Below, one piece after another: positions 12,704-26,935 of a stretch of DNA of 64,000 nucleotides (within the stretch, counting starts at the first letter, position 1; each line of letters begins with the position of its first letter). Both the position numbers and the translations under genes were made by a program. Source of the DNA: Glaucostegus cemiculus. Taxonomy: Eukaryota. The notes below the pieces were generated by a model that ran no database searches, had not been told where the DNA came from, and worked only from the letters and a program-made list of their open reading frames with translations. The stretch spans positions 3,534,001-3,598,000 of the forward strand of contig CDPCPM010000060.1 of assembly GCA_976551045.1 (NCBI GenBank), read 5' to 3'.

Positions 12704-12946
12704 ATGTCTTCCAAACAAGCTGCCTCTCCGTACGCTGCTTCTGCTGATGGGGAGGAAGCAATGGTCCAGGAAAGATTGGTACGGGAGAGGGAAAGGGAGG
12801 AGCTCAATGACCAGCACACAGCCTCACACCTGCCCCTGCATACAATAGTAATCAACAAACCTCATGCTGAGGAGCTACCACCTGTTGTCAGCAGCCTCCA
12901 ACCAGACAGTGATTGGGACAACATGGCTACCACCCAGCACAGAGCA
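12704..12946 (+). CDS. SOX6: SOX6 first coding exon (exon starts about 12700; ATG at 12704; 81 codons; phase-0 donor)
   Basis: Translates [22 protein letters not shown]...[32 protein letters not shown]...QHRA, closely matching the vertebrate SOX6 N-terminus as I recall it ([20 protein letters not shown]...SHLPLHPIMHNKPHSEELP...DADWD). Pyrimidine tract plus CAG acceptor at 12697-12699; donor GCA|GTAAGT at 12946/12947. Confidence 0.96.
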
Positions 12947-14899
12947 GTAAGTACACTGCCCAACCATTTGCTAAGATTTAATCATTATGCTTCCCAGGCT
13001 TTATTTTTCCTATGTGCCTTAAGGTAAATTCAATCATATCACTTATAACCAGGTGCATTTTTATTTTGGTTACTACTGGAGGTAGTGGATAGTTCATTTA
13101 CTTAGCACCCCACCAGATTTTCATATCTATTAACTTTAATGAAAACAAGCATCGAGTGATATTGTAAACTGTACTTGGATCTACTACTACTTGTTTTCCA
13201 CCTGATACTAAAATTCAATCATACCTATTGATTTCTTTGAATGCAGTACCCGATGACAATAAGAAGTTTTGTCACAATTTTCTGTCTTGCTCTTTCAAAG
13301 AGTTTGATCATTTCAAAGGGTGCCTGTAGTCTCAGGGTGCGTTGCCAAAGTAGTCATTCTTAAGCTGGTATTTTAACAGTTGCTTAGTCATATAAAAGCA
13401 GTTGCTCAATATCCATGCATGCACACATTTTCCAGTATAGTTCAGAAGGTGGTGATCAAACAACGGGATTCTTGACATTGGCCTCCCAACCTTAGTTCGA
13501 GATGTTGAGATAGACTGCTGTCTTTCAACTGCCAGAGCTGCCTTGGCAAAGAGCAGGGGTTAAGTCTGTGGTCTTTTTGGGTTGTATCCATGCGCAGCTT
13601 ACTGTGTGATTAATTTAGCCTGAGCCAGTGGGGAATCTCAAAAGTTTAAACATGTATTTTACTTATAATACAAATGGTGAATGAAAAATAGATTCACTTG
13701 CAAATTTTGAGTACAATCATATGAAGTACCCTTGCCCTTTTTTATAAGATGCACTAAATGATTTTGTGGTGACAATCATTCTGTTGATTTTAACTTAAAA
13801 ATACTGTAACTCTGCTCTTCATAAAATGCAAAGTAAAGAGAATTAATTCTCCAGGAATACTGCTCTTCCCAGTGGTTAATTTGGCATTCAATTCCTTCTA
13901 TCCCCCACCACTCAGCACAACCCCATTCACTGGCAACCCACAGGTACTCTCCTTGCCCTATGGGAATATTTGTCCCAGTCCTTTGATTACCTTTATTGCA
14001 GCATCAAGGCAGGGTATGAGAATTGGAGCTGAAGTGGAAACTTCCTGGTTTCTAATTCGAATTCTTTGCACAGCTGACCATGATGCTGTGACTTTACTAC
14101 CTGAACAAAAGCATTAAGAGTGATTGTGATCATTTAGAATTTAGACAGTTATCTAAAAGTTTTCTTATAAGGTAATCGATAGTTTTCCGTATCCTTAGAC
14201 ATACCTCTGTTGTGCTATGTTAATAAAGCTTTAAAGCATTTAACTCTAACATTTGGAAGAAGCCAAACCCATCTTTCTTAAATTGATTGGCTGCATTAAT
14301 TCTGTGAGCAGAAATTATTACAAAATGAGTAGTGCAGTTCGACTTGTGTATTTTATTATAACAAATTAACTTTCCCCACCAAATATTTTACTAAGACTCC
14401 TCTTGATCTAGATATTATGATTTTGATCAATACATTTAAAAAATAAATTGAAAATATATTTCAATTAAAAGTACAATTGAAAAAAAATTATAGCCTAGAA
14501 GTGAAAGAGATGACTCTTAATTTTTTTTGTGTGTAAGCTGGATCAGGGACAATCCTTTGAAAACTTCTTGATGAAGCAAAGATTGTTAGCAGATAATTTC
14601 ACTCGTGCAGGTTTGAAGGATTTGTGGAATCCTTCAATAGGAGGGAAGAGCTACCAAGTGAGGCAGAATAAACTCTGGAAAACTGTGTTCAGACTTACAA
14701 ATCTGTGGAGTTATCCGAGGCTAGGCTAGAGATATTGATCAGTCAACAGATGAAAGTATATATGGTGAACTGTTTGATTAAAGTCAGAAAAGGGAAAGTA
14801 CTGCCAAGGTTGCTTAGATGTTGCAAATATTGTGGGCGATGTGATGAGTGGCTGAGAAAGAAATGGCCTGTGCTAGGGAAAAAGTGTCAATGATTTGAT

Positions 14900-16140
14900 T
14901 TTTTAAAAAATTACAAACAGTGTATGATGACGAAGACTTTGGAAGTTCATGAAGTGGACGAGATGCATTGTGCAGGGAAAGAAACAGGGTTGGAGTTCAA
15001 GTTAAAAAGCCTGTTTCCATATGAGGTCAATTACACATGAAGAACATATAATAGATGTATCAATGCCAAGGTATTGCTGCAAGAGCAACCAGTGGCATTT
15101 GATCTTGACTTGAGAGCAACAGGTAATGGCCCCAAAAGAAAGTCATCAATCTCAAGACAGTTGAGTTAAGCTTGCTGAGTCATGTGCTGTCAGCATACAA
15201 TGAGAGTATATTGAAGGTGCTTGTGAGATGCTAGCTGAAAGTGGTGAACTCAAATAATCATAAAAGCTATTATGTGGATTTCAGCATAGTTGACTGAAAA
15301 TATGTCTTGTCTATACTTTGAAGTCCTAAAGTACAGCGATAGTCTTAGTGAGGTAAGGACCATAGAAGGTGACTTCCTTCTGGTTATTGGGAAGTAGCAG
15401 AATTGGATCAGAATTGTACAGCACTGCTTGGGAAACATCAACCATCCGAGCAAGTTCCTGCCCCATTGAGTGAGATGTATGATCCCCTCAGACATCTGAC
15501 CAAAAGGATGTGGAATGGTGTTGGTTAAATACTCATGAGCAAGCAATCAAGATAATCAAGGAGAAGTCACAGCAGAATCAATGTTGAAATACCTTGATGA
15601 TACCTAGTAGCTGACACCATACGCAGATGCTTCAGAAAGGCGTCTTGGAGCAATGATCTTGCCAGAGAACCAGCTGACAGCATATTGAAACAAATTTGAC
15701 AAACATAAGGATGCGTAAATATAGGAGGGGCAACCAGATATGATCTTTGGATTGGATAAGTTTCATCAATATACTTAGGGGACAACTGTAAATGTGTACC
15801 GTTATCAAAAGCAACTCAGAACCATTGTTATTAAACTCCTGGAAAGGCTGCCAAGGAGATTGCAGAGCATATTTGTGAGGAGGCAGGCATACAACCTTTA
15901 CAACAAGGCATTCAGTACTACATGGGCAAACAATCTCAGTAACCAAGGCACTTAGCTGATTCTAACTCAAGGTGACCTGATCTTCAGAGCCAACAGAGTA
16001 ATTGATCCCTGACTTCAAAAGAATAAAATGATAAAGCACTGTTACTTCTTTTGTCTTAGAGTGAATGATTGACTCTGCAGTGTAAGAGGAAGTATTAGTG
16101 GGCAGGGATGAATAGGGAGATTGGGGAGCATGTATAGGAA
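14900..16140 (+). mobile_element. Decayed Ty3/Gypsy LTR-retrotransposon pol (RT/RNase H region)
   Basis: Broken frames in order: KFLP.LSEMYDPLRHLTK.DVEWCW (~15450-15525), DASERRLGAMIL (~15625-15660), GLDKFHQYT (~15750-15778), LPRRLQ (~15850). Confidence 0.7.
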
Positions 16141-19100
16141 CATGAGAAACTACTGATTTGTAGAGAAGTATTTATATATTCACATTTATCACTGTGCCCC
16201 TACAATGTTCTCCTCACTTCCTTGTCTCTGTCATCCAATTTGCGAAGTAAAATACTTTGGGAGATTTTGCCAGAAGTGTTAAACAAATGAAGTTACTTTT
16301 GTTGTGATGCTGCTTCTGGTTGCCAGGACCCCATTGTCCAGGTCTGGAACTTGCACCTACTTGTAATTAACCACACTGACAGTAGAATCTGTAGGAGCCA
16401 CTGTGGTCAAAAGGATAGTTAGATATATGTGGAGAGATGTTTTGTTCTGCCCAGGGAATCACCCTTGGTGAGAAACAGAGCTGTAAGGGAATATGTAGAT
16501 TTATTTTGATCAGAAAGTGCAAAAGAGGCAGAATGATTTTGATATAGATCACTAACTGAGGAATGGAATATCAGCCAACATTATCTCTCTTCAAAGGTGA
16601 AAGTTTGCAGAATGTTTCTGAGCCAAAATGAGAGAGAGGGTAAAAGGTTAAAAAACCAAAACAGATTAAGGGAGGTTGAATTAATATGTGCTGGAGTGTC
16701 ACCAAGCAGGGCAAAGTAAAAGAAATTTGCTTTTTGATTTCAGCCAAAGAAATGTTCTAATGGTTACAAATACTATTAATCCCAGGCCTACTTAGCAGAC
16801 AGCAAGATATCAATTTAGAATTGCACCAACTTGGCCTTGCTGAACAAATCATTCATATAAAATTGTGTAGCCTCAATATAATGTGGGGGTTGGGGACAAC
16901 TTTCACATCTGCATTTCAAGATGCTATCTTATAAATAAAATTAACTTAACTTGGGAACTTTTTCTGTTATATATAAAATATAGTGCATACACAACCAGTT
17001 TGAACAGATTTCCCCAAATTCCACCCCATTCTTTCCAATCAATCTTTTTTGCTATAATCTCACAGCTACAATTTGTAAAACATATCCCCAGTGCTGGATT
17101 GCTAATCGTTTTCCAGAATCCATTGCCCCCTCCTCAGGATTGCTGTTGTCAGAGGGAATTGCACAAAACAAAAAGGTCTGTTACATTCTGCTGGGAAGAT
17201 TAATCCCTCCTTGTAACACTGGAATAAAAATGCACGCTGTCCTTAGTGACATAGTAATGCCACTGGTATATCTGAAACCATGATATAATGAGACAGGTTA
17301 TATTGAAGTTGCACTGTTTGGGGAAATGCATTCCAAGTGTATTCCAAGCAATTTAGAAGATATTGCTCACTGTATTCTCCATTGATTAGGACTATTGCAA
17401 TATATTATTTCACATATTTTGGGAGATTTTCATGTTCATTCTGGAGAGGATTACAATCTTGGGAAATGGATCATTTTTAGCACCAATGTCAGTACTGAGC
17501 ATTCCAAAGTTGTTAGTTATGGTATGGTTACATGCAGGGGAAAAAAAGCTCTCTCCGCTACATCAAGTACTCCCAGGTTGACTTTAGCTTTAGTCAAATG
17601 CAGAGCAGGTCCTTTTTCTATTCTGTTCCATTATGCACATATAGGGATTGCACAGATTAAATGCTGTGTAAAATCTTTTAATGCAATTCAGCATTCTCAA
17701 ATGAGACATCTGCTAAACTGAAATGAAATGCTTCCTCTATACTTTATTTCATTAGGTGGAGGAACAGAGGTGTTGCCAGTACACTGCCCATTATCACTTT
17801 AATTGTTGTTCAAATGCCCAATTTCTGTAGCAGTTTCTTTTGACTTTATTGCTTAGTTTTATTTTCATACCTATCCACCTGGGCAACATTGCTGCTAAGA
17901 GCATTGAGTTCCAAGAAACCCTTGGCCAGTAGCTATAAGGCCAGGCTCTACTACAAATCTTATTCAATGGTAACTCAACTGGAGGAATTTTTCTAATTTA
18001 GCTCACATTTTGAAGGACTGATGCTCTTACTAATTTCAACTGAGCCATCAATTCTGCCTTGCGCCTCCAGTCAACTATCCTAAAGTTCTTTTAGTTAGAA
18101 ACATATTTAGATCCTTGTACCTTTCAATGTCGCCACTACATTTCCAAGCAGCAAGTCTGCCAATAATCTTAGGTGAGAATTCTTTTGGTCACCTACCATT
18201 AACAATTCCTTTGACCAACCTCCATTAACAATAATGTTAACATTGCAAGAGGCATTCTCATATTTTGTATTCCCTGAATGAAGAAATTAAAACAAGAGTG
18301 AACCTAATGCAGCTGTCACTATAATGAATGTGGCCTATGTAAAGGCTAAAGATGCAAGATATTGGCACCCAGTATGTAGTAAGAGTTGTGACCTACTCTT
18401 TCTTTTAATATACAGGCTATTGGTGCAACAGTTAAAATATGTTACTTCTACTGAGAACATCAACAAGTGAATCATACTCTAAAAATATTGCTTTTCAAAA
18501 AGACTTCTGCAATGTTGACTTTTATGCAATTGTCAGAGTTCTAGTCAGTATTAAATCTAGCCAGTTTGGCTAAATTTTGACATCAATATCTCAGAAGTAG
18601 AATCTACCTTTTTAAGAACTGATTTATTGTTATAAGCTGTGTTGTATTTTATATTATTTAAGCTTTGATTTGGGGAGAGGAGAGGCATGTTTCATCACCA
18701 CTGTCGTTTGAGGATACATGTCAAATGAATATTGCCTATTGATGTATCCCAGCCTGAGTAACAAGCCCCATTGCAGATAATTGAAATTCCCTATTTGAAT
18801 TCTACCAAGTATTATTTTATTTTCAGCAGACATCTGAAAACTGGATGACTGCATCAATTTAATTTAATTTAATATAACTCAATTTAATTCAATTCAACTA
18901 GCATTCTGCAGGGTGGAGGAGAGAAAAAGAATGTGGATGCTTTTAAACTTCCATAAGCATACTCAACTCACAACTTTTTGCCTCAGTATGGCTTTCATGT
19001 CTATAAGTTAGTGCCAATTAGTTTTTTTAATGTATGAACTGAACAGGGAGGTGGTTCAGTATTCATACTTTTAATCATAAATGTAAACTTTCATTTGAAT

Positions 19101-20469
19101 TCATCAATTTCCTGTATATTAATGTGCAATACTTCTTTGAAATTGATAAAGTTTTACAGGATCTCATGTATTATTGACAGGCTTTGATTTCTTCTATTTA
19201 CTTTGTGCAGTGGGAATTAATTGATGCCATTGTATTTTATTTCATATTCTCTTTTTTTCAACAATTTAAAAATCCAAAAGCAAAGCCACTGCCTATGGGA
19301 GCTGGGTTGTATCAAAGAGTTGTGGTTAGGTTATGCTGCGTTTGAGACTGGGAAAAAACTGTATATATTGTAGAAAGACAGAAAGGTGGCAGGAAGGAAG
19401 GAGCTCAAAATTTTAGAGAGATAGAATTTTTTGAGATTAGGAGGAACACATATCAGTGAGCTGTGCAGAAGGAACTTTTACTGTGTTATGAGTACTTAAT
19501 GTTTATCCTGGATGCCTGAAAACAGAAAATATTATATTTTATAGCACAATCATCCTTAACATTTATGAGTAAAGAGGCATAAGTTTCAAATCTGCAATTT
19601 AAGGAAACAAGTTTCTCTCGTAACCCTCAAACCAAGATATGAATGCATAACTCGTTCAGGAAATGTATTCCTATCTAGTTGCATAATTTACATGTTTGTC
19701 TTCCACTAGTGTGGGTGAAATTGATGATCTGACTTCACGTGCTTCAGTCTCAATTGCATTATTAATGTCATAGAGATAAATAAAAGCAGCAAGGCTCAAG
19801 TGGTCCTCAGAGACACTGACTTACTGATCAAAGGCAAAACTGAAAGTCTCCCGCAGGTTTGGAAAACAAATGGCATTCACAGTCTAACAAAGTGTGCATT
19901 GTTGATTCTGAGGAGCTGTCATAGTGCAATAATCAATATGCAAGTATTCTCACTCTTGTCACTTGCGTCTAAAATATACAAATCCTCAGAGAACTTAACT
20001 ACTTGCATCCTTAGAGCTCCCTCTGAACATATTACTCGTTGTTTCATTCAAATGTGTTTAAATTAAGGAAAAGATAAAGCAGAGGCTGGTTTCCTTTCAT
20101 CCTTTGGATTTCTAACTCCTTTTTATTTACTTTGATATATTGTTATCCTGTGTCAGCAAGGATTGGAGTTCAGGGAAAGGGGAAAATATGTGTACAAAAC
20201 CAGACTGACTGTTCTTCATAAAAAAATATATTGCTTTATGGGAGTAGTTGATATATTTTTATATTGTTAGATGGGGAAGCTGAAGAAGTCCAGGACATGG
20301 GAGAAGCCCACATACAATAAGTAGAGGATGTACAAGAATATTTAATAGTTTAGCCAGAGTAGGAATATACTGATCTAATGTGTTCTGCAGAACCTGCAAT
20401 TACTGTACTCTGGTTTAGATCTGATTATGCGGACATCTTGCAGTTTAAGTCGCATCAATAAAAACATCA

Positions 20470-21680
20470 ACATTGCATTTTTATAGCACCTTTAGCTTAG
20501 TAAAACATCTAAAGTGTTATCAAAGAACACTTGTCAGAAGTAAATGAATGGATTTTAAGATAGAATAGTAGATTATAAGTAGCATTTGAAATATGGAATG
20601 GAAGGTTGAAATGGAGGGATCTTTAGGGGAGGAATCTTAGGATATGACTGGCAATGGATGAGCATGAGGGCAGGGACAGAGGAGGGCAGTGATCTCAGAA
20701 GGTTATAGGGCTGGAGGAGATTAGAGGTAGAGAGGGATTAAAATGAAGGATGAGACTCCTAAACAGAATTGTTACAAAACTAAGAGCTGACATAGGTTAG
20801 CAAAGATAGCTGTGATGACTGACCAGATGTGGCACAAAGTGGTAATTGAGCAGTATTTTAGATGTGGTTATGTTCAAGGAGGTTGGCATTTGGGAGAGAG
20901 CCCAGGAATGCATTTGTGTAGGCAATTTCCTGAGATAATGAAAATGATGGGGTTTGTAAGCGGAGGCAAGATGAAGCACAGTGGGCACATGAGTTTATAA
21001 CAGTGGTAAAAAGTGGCGTTATTGATGAGGCGTTTATGTAGCAGGAAGCTCACCTAGGGGTCAAATTTAACACTAACATGAAAATTCTGGTTCAGTTTCA
21101 GTCAGTCACCAGAATAAATCAAAGAAATATGAAATTCGTGTTTGGGATTAAGTGTAATAACTTTGGTCTATCTTTTTGGAGGAGGTTTTTGTTCATCTAA
21201 TCCAACAAGCAGCCTGAAAATTTAGAATCGGTGGAGCATTTGAGAGAGGCACAAGTGAGGTAGAGCTGAATGTCACTAGTTTACACATGGTGTTTTTGAT
21301 GTCACAAGGGGCAGCATGCAAGTAAGAAAGAGAGTAGGTTCAATTATAGATTCTTAGTTCACAGCAGAGGTAGTGGTACGTGAGTGGAAAGCATAGCCAA
21401 TGAAGGTGATCTTCTGACTGGATTGATAAAAATGGAAGCAGGTTACTGCATTCCTATCCAATAGGAAGACGGAGGAGAGGTGCTGGAGTAGGACTGTGTG
21501 AAATTGAGAAATGGCAGTCATTTGAGACCTTTACTAAGAATCACTGTTGCTATGATGGGAGCCAAAACCTGATTAGAAGTATTCAGAAGAATAGTTCTGG
21601 AGAAAGGTGGTCACAGATTTGGGAAGCTATAACGTGTTTAGGGACTTCATAGACAAAGGTAGATAGAGATGGGGTAGTCC
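20470..21680 (-). mobile_element. Old L2-clade LINE fragment
   Basis: 3' end attgcatttttatagcaccttt; minus strand of about 21258-21290 gives H...DIQLY, a decayed HMYADDTQLY RT motif. Confidence 0.65.
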
Positions 21681-21908
21681 CAGTAACATTTTTCTGAATA
21701 ATATATCTGCATTTTCAGATTACATGACATAGTTCCCTCTACTATTTAGACCACCCACTGGTTTGAAATGAGTTTATTATGGCATGTAGGGCAGTGAGTT
21801 GAAATCCTGGCAGAGTATTTGAGCGTGACATTTGAGACTGGCATCCCCCACCTGCAGGCTGCTGAATCAAAGTGAAGGGTCAGGCACTAATGTAAAAATA
21901 ATGGAAAG

Positions 21909-22067
21909 NNNNNNNNNNNNNNNNNNNNNNNNNNNNNNNNNNNNNNNNNNNNNNNNNNNNNNNNNNNNNNNNNNNNNNNNNNNNNNNNNNNNNNNNNNNN
22001 NNNNNNNNNNNNNNNNNNNNNNNNNNNNNNNNNNNNNNNNNNNNNNNNNNNNNNNNNNNNNNNNNNN
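21909..22067. other. Assembly gap (159 N)
   Basis: Run of N characters. Confidence 1.
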
Positions 22068-22529
22068 AGGATAGGGAAACAATGCCTAAGTACAGGGTGC
22101 TTCATCAAAAAACGGAAGGGCAAAAAACAAATAGCAAAGGCTGAAGCATGCCTTAAAGCTACAATGCAGCAAAGTTTAGCTAACGTTGATAGCATTCTTG
22201 AGTTCCGCTTGTGTTTAGTGACATCATTTTATTATTTTAAGCTTTGTTTTAAGCAGCTCGTCATTATATTAGCTGAGTAGAGTGTTCAGATGAATTACTT
22301 TTTGTGTGTTAAGACAAACTGGAGAGAAACTGGAACTATATAAAGTATACGCCCTGTCTTCATGATTGATTGATTGACCGTTTGACAGGTTTCAATGGCA
22401 TTTGCTTTTGGCTTTTCACAGTCAATCTCACAGCATTGAACTTCAAACTGCTTGGGCTCATATAAATGCCTTATTTTACACAAAATCTACCATAAAGGAA
22501 AAAGAAAGAGGAAAAGCTAGAACTATACT

Positions 22530-22622
22530 CAAGGTGAATATGATCATTTTGTGTGTAGTGGTGCCACAAAACAACAAATTTCATGTCGTATAAGTCAATG
22601 ATAATAAACGTGATTCTGTTTC
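22530..22622 (+). mobile_element. Rex/Babar-type LINE 3' tail remnant
   Basis: caaaacaacaaatttcatgtcgtataagtcaatgataataaacgtgattctg is the reverse complement of the tail at about 6078-6130. Confidence 0.6.
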
Positions 22623-23379
22623 TGAGAAAAACATTAATAACCTGTCCTTTTTATAATCCTTGCTGATCTACAACATATTTCCAATATTTTCCATTTTATC
22701 AATGGTATTTGTGTAATAAAAGATTCACAAATCATTTTCTACATGTATGATGGCATTACAACCTTCCAAAATGTAACATTTTTACATGATAAAAAAATTA
22801 ACTAAGTTTAAGGTGAGGATAAACTAAGATCTAAATCCATGAGTTCTTAATATATTTATATAAATTTTCTTTCTGTTCTGTAATTTTTATATTTCATACA
22901 ATCAAGGTTCCATTTAATTATTAGATAACAGAATTTCTTATGAATATACTAAGCATCCAAACTAATAATTCACAGTGTAATTTCAAGGCCCTAGAGTTTG
23001 TTTAACAAAGCAAATTGATGAAAGATTATCTTTGTGCTCATGTCACACGTAACAAAGACCCTTAAGCTATGTTCAACAAGACAGTTTCAGGAGCTGCTTT
23101 GGTTGTGTAAATCTACATACTTTGACTAGATTAAAAGGAGTTCTCAGGAAAATTCAGCTCACACAATTGAAAATGTTTGGGAGGTGACAAAAATTTGACA
23201 AAAATGAGGGATTTGGCAATACTTCTTTCAAAGCTTTTGTGTTATTTCTATAGTGGAGCAGATAGTTTTGTCAAGATCATATTGTGTGTGTTTTTTTTAA
23301 ACTCAGTATCTGGAGCATGAATTATTCTAAATGCATCTTTATCACAAGATCACAGGATAAATACAAAAGAATCAAAGTA

Positions 23380-24110
23380 TACAGCACTGAAGGCAGCCAT
23401 TCAGCCTATTAAGGCTTTTTTTGTTTGAGCAATCCAAAACCAGTATAATTGTCCCCTTTTCTCCACCTCTGTACACTCCTCCTCTACCGACCTGACCATC
23501 TACCCAGAGCTTTCTTATCTTCATTTATCCAATTTTTCCCTAAAAGATGTAAGATGTCTGTGACAAGGCACTTAATGGTCCAACAATCTTTTTTTTCTGT
23601 TTATACACAAATACTTCTTAATCCCTCAGCTAACTTACATTGAACATTTTAAAACTGATGGTCTCCACAATCAGAGGAAAATATTCTTTCCTTAGACATT
23701 ATTATCAAAACCTTTAGAAAAATGTTTAAAAATTCAGGCAGACCTTCTCTAAGAGGGGAGATATTGTAGATCCCTCCTGATGATCATAATTTCCCATACA
23801 TGGCACTTTGCTGAGTAGTTTAATCTCTATTGTATACCAACTGTCATATTCATGTTCACAATAATGGGTTGCCTGAAATAGCAGACTGAACTGTCACTGT
23901 GGCCAAACTCATACTATTTAGCTTTGTTATAGCTTTTTGCCTCTGTTCAAGCTTATATATTTGATCTCATCTGGCCTCTCCAAGCTTCTGCACCCTTTAG
24001 GATCTTTCAACTGAATACCCAAAGTGTTTTTTGTTTTCCCTGCCAAATGTGTTACCACACACTTATTCACATTAAATTATGCCATGTACCATCTGTCTAC
24101 TCTGATAATC
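23380..24110 (-). mobile_element. Decayed CR1 LINE fragment
   Basis: Starts acagcactgaaggcagccattcagcct; ends cacacttattcacattaaatt, the reverse of the FN..KC motif region. Confidence 0.5.
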
Positions 24111-24159
24111 TATCTACGTTTTCCCTAAGTAAAAACCTACATATGCTGGAAACTGGAAA

Positions 24160-24865
24160 TATAAACAAAACATGCTGGAAATACTTTGCAGGTCAGGCAG
24201 CATCTGTGGGAAAGGAAACAGCAGCAATTTCTGCCACTTCCAACATGATGCCACCATAAGACACATCTTCCCTTCCTCTCCCCTTGTAGTATTCCAAAGG
24301 AATTGTTCCCTTCATGAGACTCTGGATTAATTTTGCATCTCCACCAGCATACAATCCTCTTCTCGTGGCACCTTCCCATTTAAACAGAGTGGATGCAAAA
24401 TCTGTTCTTTGTTCTTTCGCTTTTCCCTTTGCACCATCCCGCAGCCTAGACACTTCTTCCATGTGTAGCAGAGTTTCATTCTACCCCTACAAATGTGATG
24501 TCCTCCACTTTGGAGAAACCAAACACAAATTGGGTGACAATTTTCCTAAGTCCATATCTTCTATATCTCCCAAAGAACAAGTATGGCCACAGCACTGATC
24601 CGTGGGTCACACCACTTCAAGCTCTTCCCCAATCTTAACAAAACACAGTTCTCTCAATTATTTTTTGCATTCTGCTTATCAGCCAACTTTTTTATCCTTT
24701 GCTATAATCACCCTGACAAAATGAATTTTTATGCAACACCTTGTCAAGATCCCGAATTTCTGAAACAAAGACAGGAAATGCTGGAAATATTCAGCAGGTC
24801 AGGTAGCATCTATGGAGAGGTAAATAGAACCAACGTTTCAAGTTCATGACCTTTCATCAAATGCT
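24160..24865. mobile_element. PLE remnants: GIY-YIG fragment (+) between two pLTR ends (-)
   Basis: ORF 24314-24598 contains FGETKHKLGDNF (consensus YIGETKR.LGDRF); pLTR blocks at about 24170-24220 and 24775-24862. Confidence 0.7.
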
Positions 24866-25429
24866 CCACCTCTAACTCACTGGTTAGCAGAGTGCTGGCA
24901 ATCAGTACACTATTTTTAACACTTCTGATCTTTGCAGATGGAAACAATATTGAACTCAATGCCAAGATTACAAAGTTTGTGCAATGACAGTTGAATGTCC
25001 TTCAATATACTGATTAATCCCTGTTAACACCTTCAGATAGATTGCAATATTCGATCTGAGATTTGAATTTAGTTTTATTTGCAGTTGAAGCTTTGCTTTT
25101 CCTATGTCTGATTTTAATTTTGTTTTATGTGAGGGAGCTGCCTGAGCCACATTAATATAAATGCTGCCTGATTGCAGCTTTTCGTAAAAACAAACCACTT
25201 CAACATTCACTTCACAGTAACTGCCTGAGAAGGATTGCATTCCAAGTTAAATCTTAGTTTAGTGTGAGTTGATGAATAAAAAAGATAAATATTAGATCAA
25301 CAGAACTAGTAGCCTTAAAACAAAAAGATGTACATTTAAGATCCAACCACTGTTAGCTACTGGAACAAATTCTGGCAATTGAAATCATGTGATGAGATTA
25401 AAAACACATTTTGCTGCATTTTTTAGTGG

Positions 25430-25690
25430 TTTGGTTGGCAATTGCACTGCTTAGAACGATACTGAGAGAGTCACCCACGGAAGATATCAGGTTTAATCCT
25501 TTATCTGTCCTCTGTTATCTGGCCTTTCTTGGAGTGTTGGTAATGGCCAAGTGATTGACATCAGTGCATCTAGGATAAGAAGAAAGAGGAAAGGTCATCC
25601 CTTAATCAGAAGCTAATCATTGCCTTGGCGTTATATACATATGAGTATTAGAAATGGAAAGTGATCAGATTTAGTTGAGGCACTTGATGC
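25430..25690 (+). mobile_element. Ancient SINE, decayed (same family as 48410 and 49478)
   Basis: caggtttaatcctttatctgtcctctgttatctg...attgacatcagtgcatctaggataag parallels the other two copies. Confidence 0.4.
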
Positions 25691-26329
25691 ATTTTGAAAT
25701 AAATGATTAGCATGTGCCCAGATCAAATTTATGTGCTTCTGTAGCTGTGATTTTGGGTGTTATCTTCTGATGTTCTCAATTTCTCAACAACATTTTGCAC
25801 ATTTGACAGTACCTTCATTCTCTCTCACCTCTCTTCTTAATTCATGGGATTGTTCTTGTGTTCCTAAGTATGCAACTATACCACATACTTTGTTTATTGT
25901 CCCTGTGCTGTCACTTCCAGGCTCTGACTAACGACCTGTCCTTTGCCCCTCTTCACTTTCAGGCAAATGCAGAATCACGATGCCAGTTGTTGCACTAAGT
26001 TTCTGTTACATGCTGCAGTGCTCAGCTCTACCAACCCCACAATCAGAATTGTAATCCTTATTCACTCTTCCGTTGGGATTTAAATTAAATCATCTGGATA
26101 TTTACAGATGGGATGTCCTCCCACATGTTGCCACAATATGTAACAAGACTCAAGAGATGAGTTGGAGGGAATTAAAAATTGCTAATTCCTGATCACATAA
26201 TTGTTAAAATTGCAATCTGCTTTGAAATTAGTGAGAAGGCCAAAGATCTTCAAGCAGGAAATCATTCCCTATGTTACCACAAGAAATTGAGGAAAAGTGA
26301 GTAAATATAAAGATAGACAAGACCTAAAT

Positions 26330-26935
26330 TACATCAGTACGTTTCTGAGATTTGGACTACCTCCAGTGGGCTTCCCAATGCACTGGAATGCCACCAACAT
26401 ATCATCCATAAAATCAGTTAAATTCACTGGAAGGATAAATGAACCAATTACAATGTCCTCTCCCAGGCCAACATCCTCCGTATTGAGGTCTTAGATGCAC
26501 TGAGTTACACTGTGCAGGCTATATCATTCATAGTCCCCATACCAGATTCAGATAATCAATTCCAAAAGCTGTCATTTGAACAGATCATCGGGCAAAAGAT
26601 TCAAGAATGTTCTCAAAGCTTCCTTAAGGAAATGTAACATCCACACTAATTCCTGAGAGTCTCTTGCACATAGCACTTCAAAGTGGAGAAAGCACTCAGG
26701 ATGGTGTTGAGAGCCCCTGATCCATGAATCCAACAACACACTTAAGCCCTACCAAAGTTATGGAACTAATAATACTAACAACACTCATAACTACCCACCT
26801 ACTGGCCCTGTCAGACACCTCCTGCTCCATCTGTCGAAGAATCTATGGTTCCCACATTGAGCTCATTAGACACCTCAGTATCCACAAAACCAGAGTGAAG
26901 CACATCACCCTCAAACCTGAGGGATGGTTTAAGAA
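26330..26935 (+). mobile_element. RTE-clade LINE 3' fragment with terminal C2H2 finger
   Basis: IHWKDK..N..VLSQANI, KRFKNVLKASLRKCNI and CSICRRIYGSHIELIRHLSIH (ORF 26724-27005). Confidence 0.75.

Noticed and set aside
12647-13027. 126-aa ORF as an unspliced gene
   Set aside because: SOX6 similarity is confined to 12704-12946 between canonical splice sites; the extensions are intronic.
21832-22195. ORFs containing X runs
   Set aside because: They only span the assembly gap.
26810-26890. C2H2 zinc-finger motif as a host gene exon
   Set aside because: It is the terminal finger of a decayed RTE LINE.
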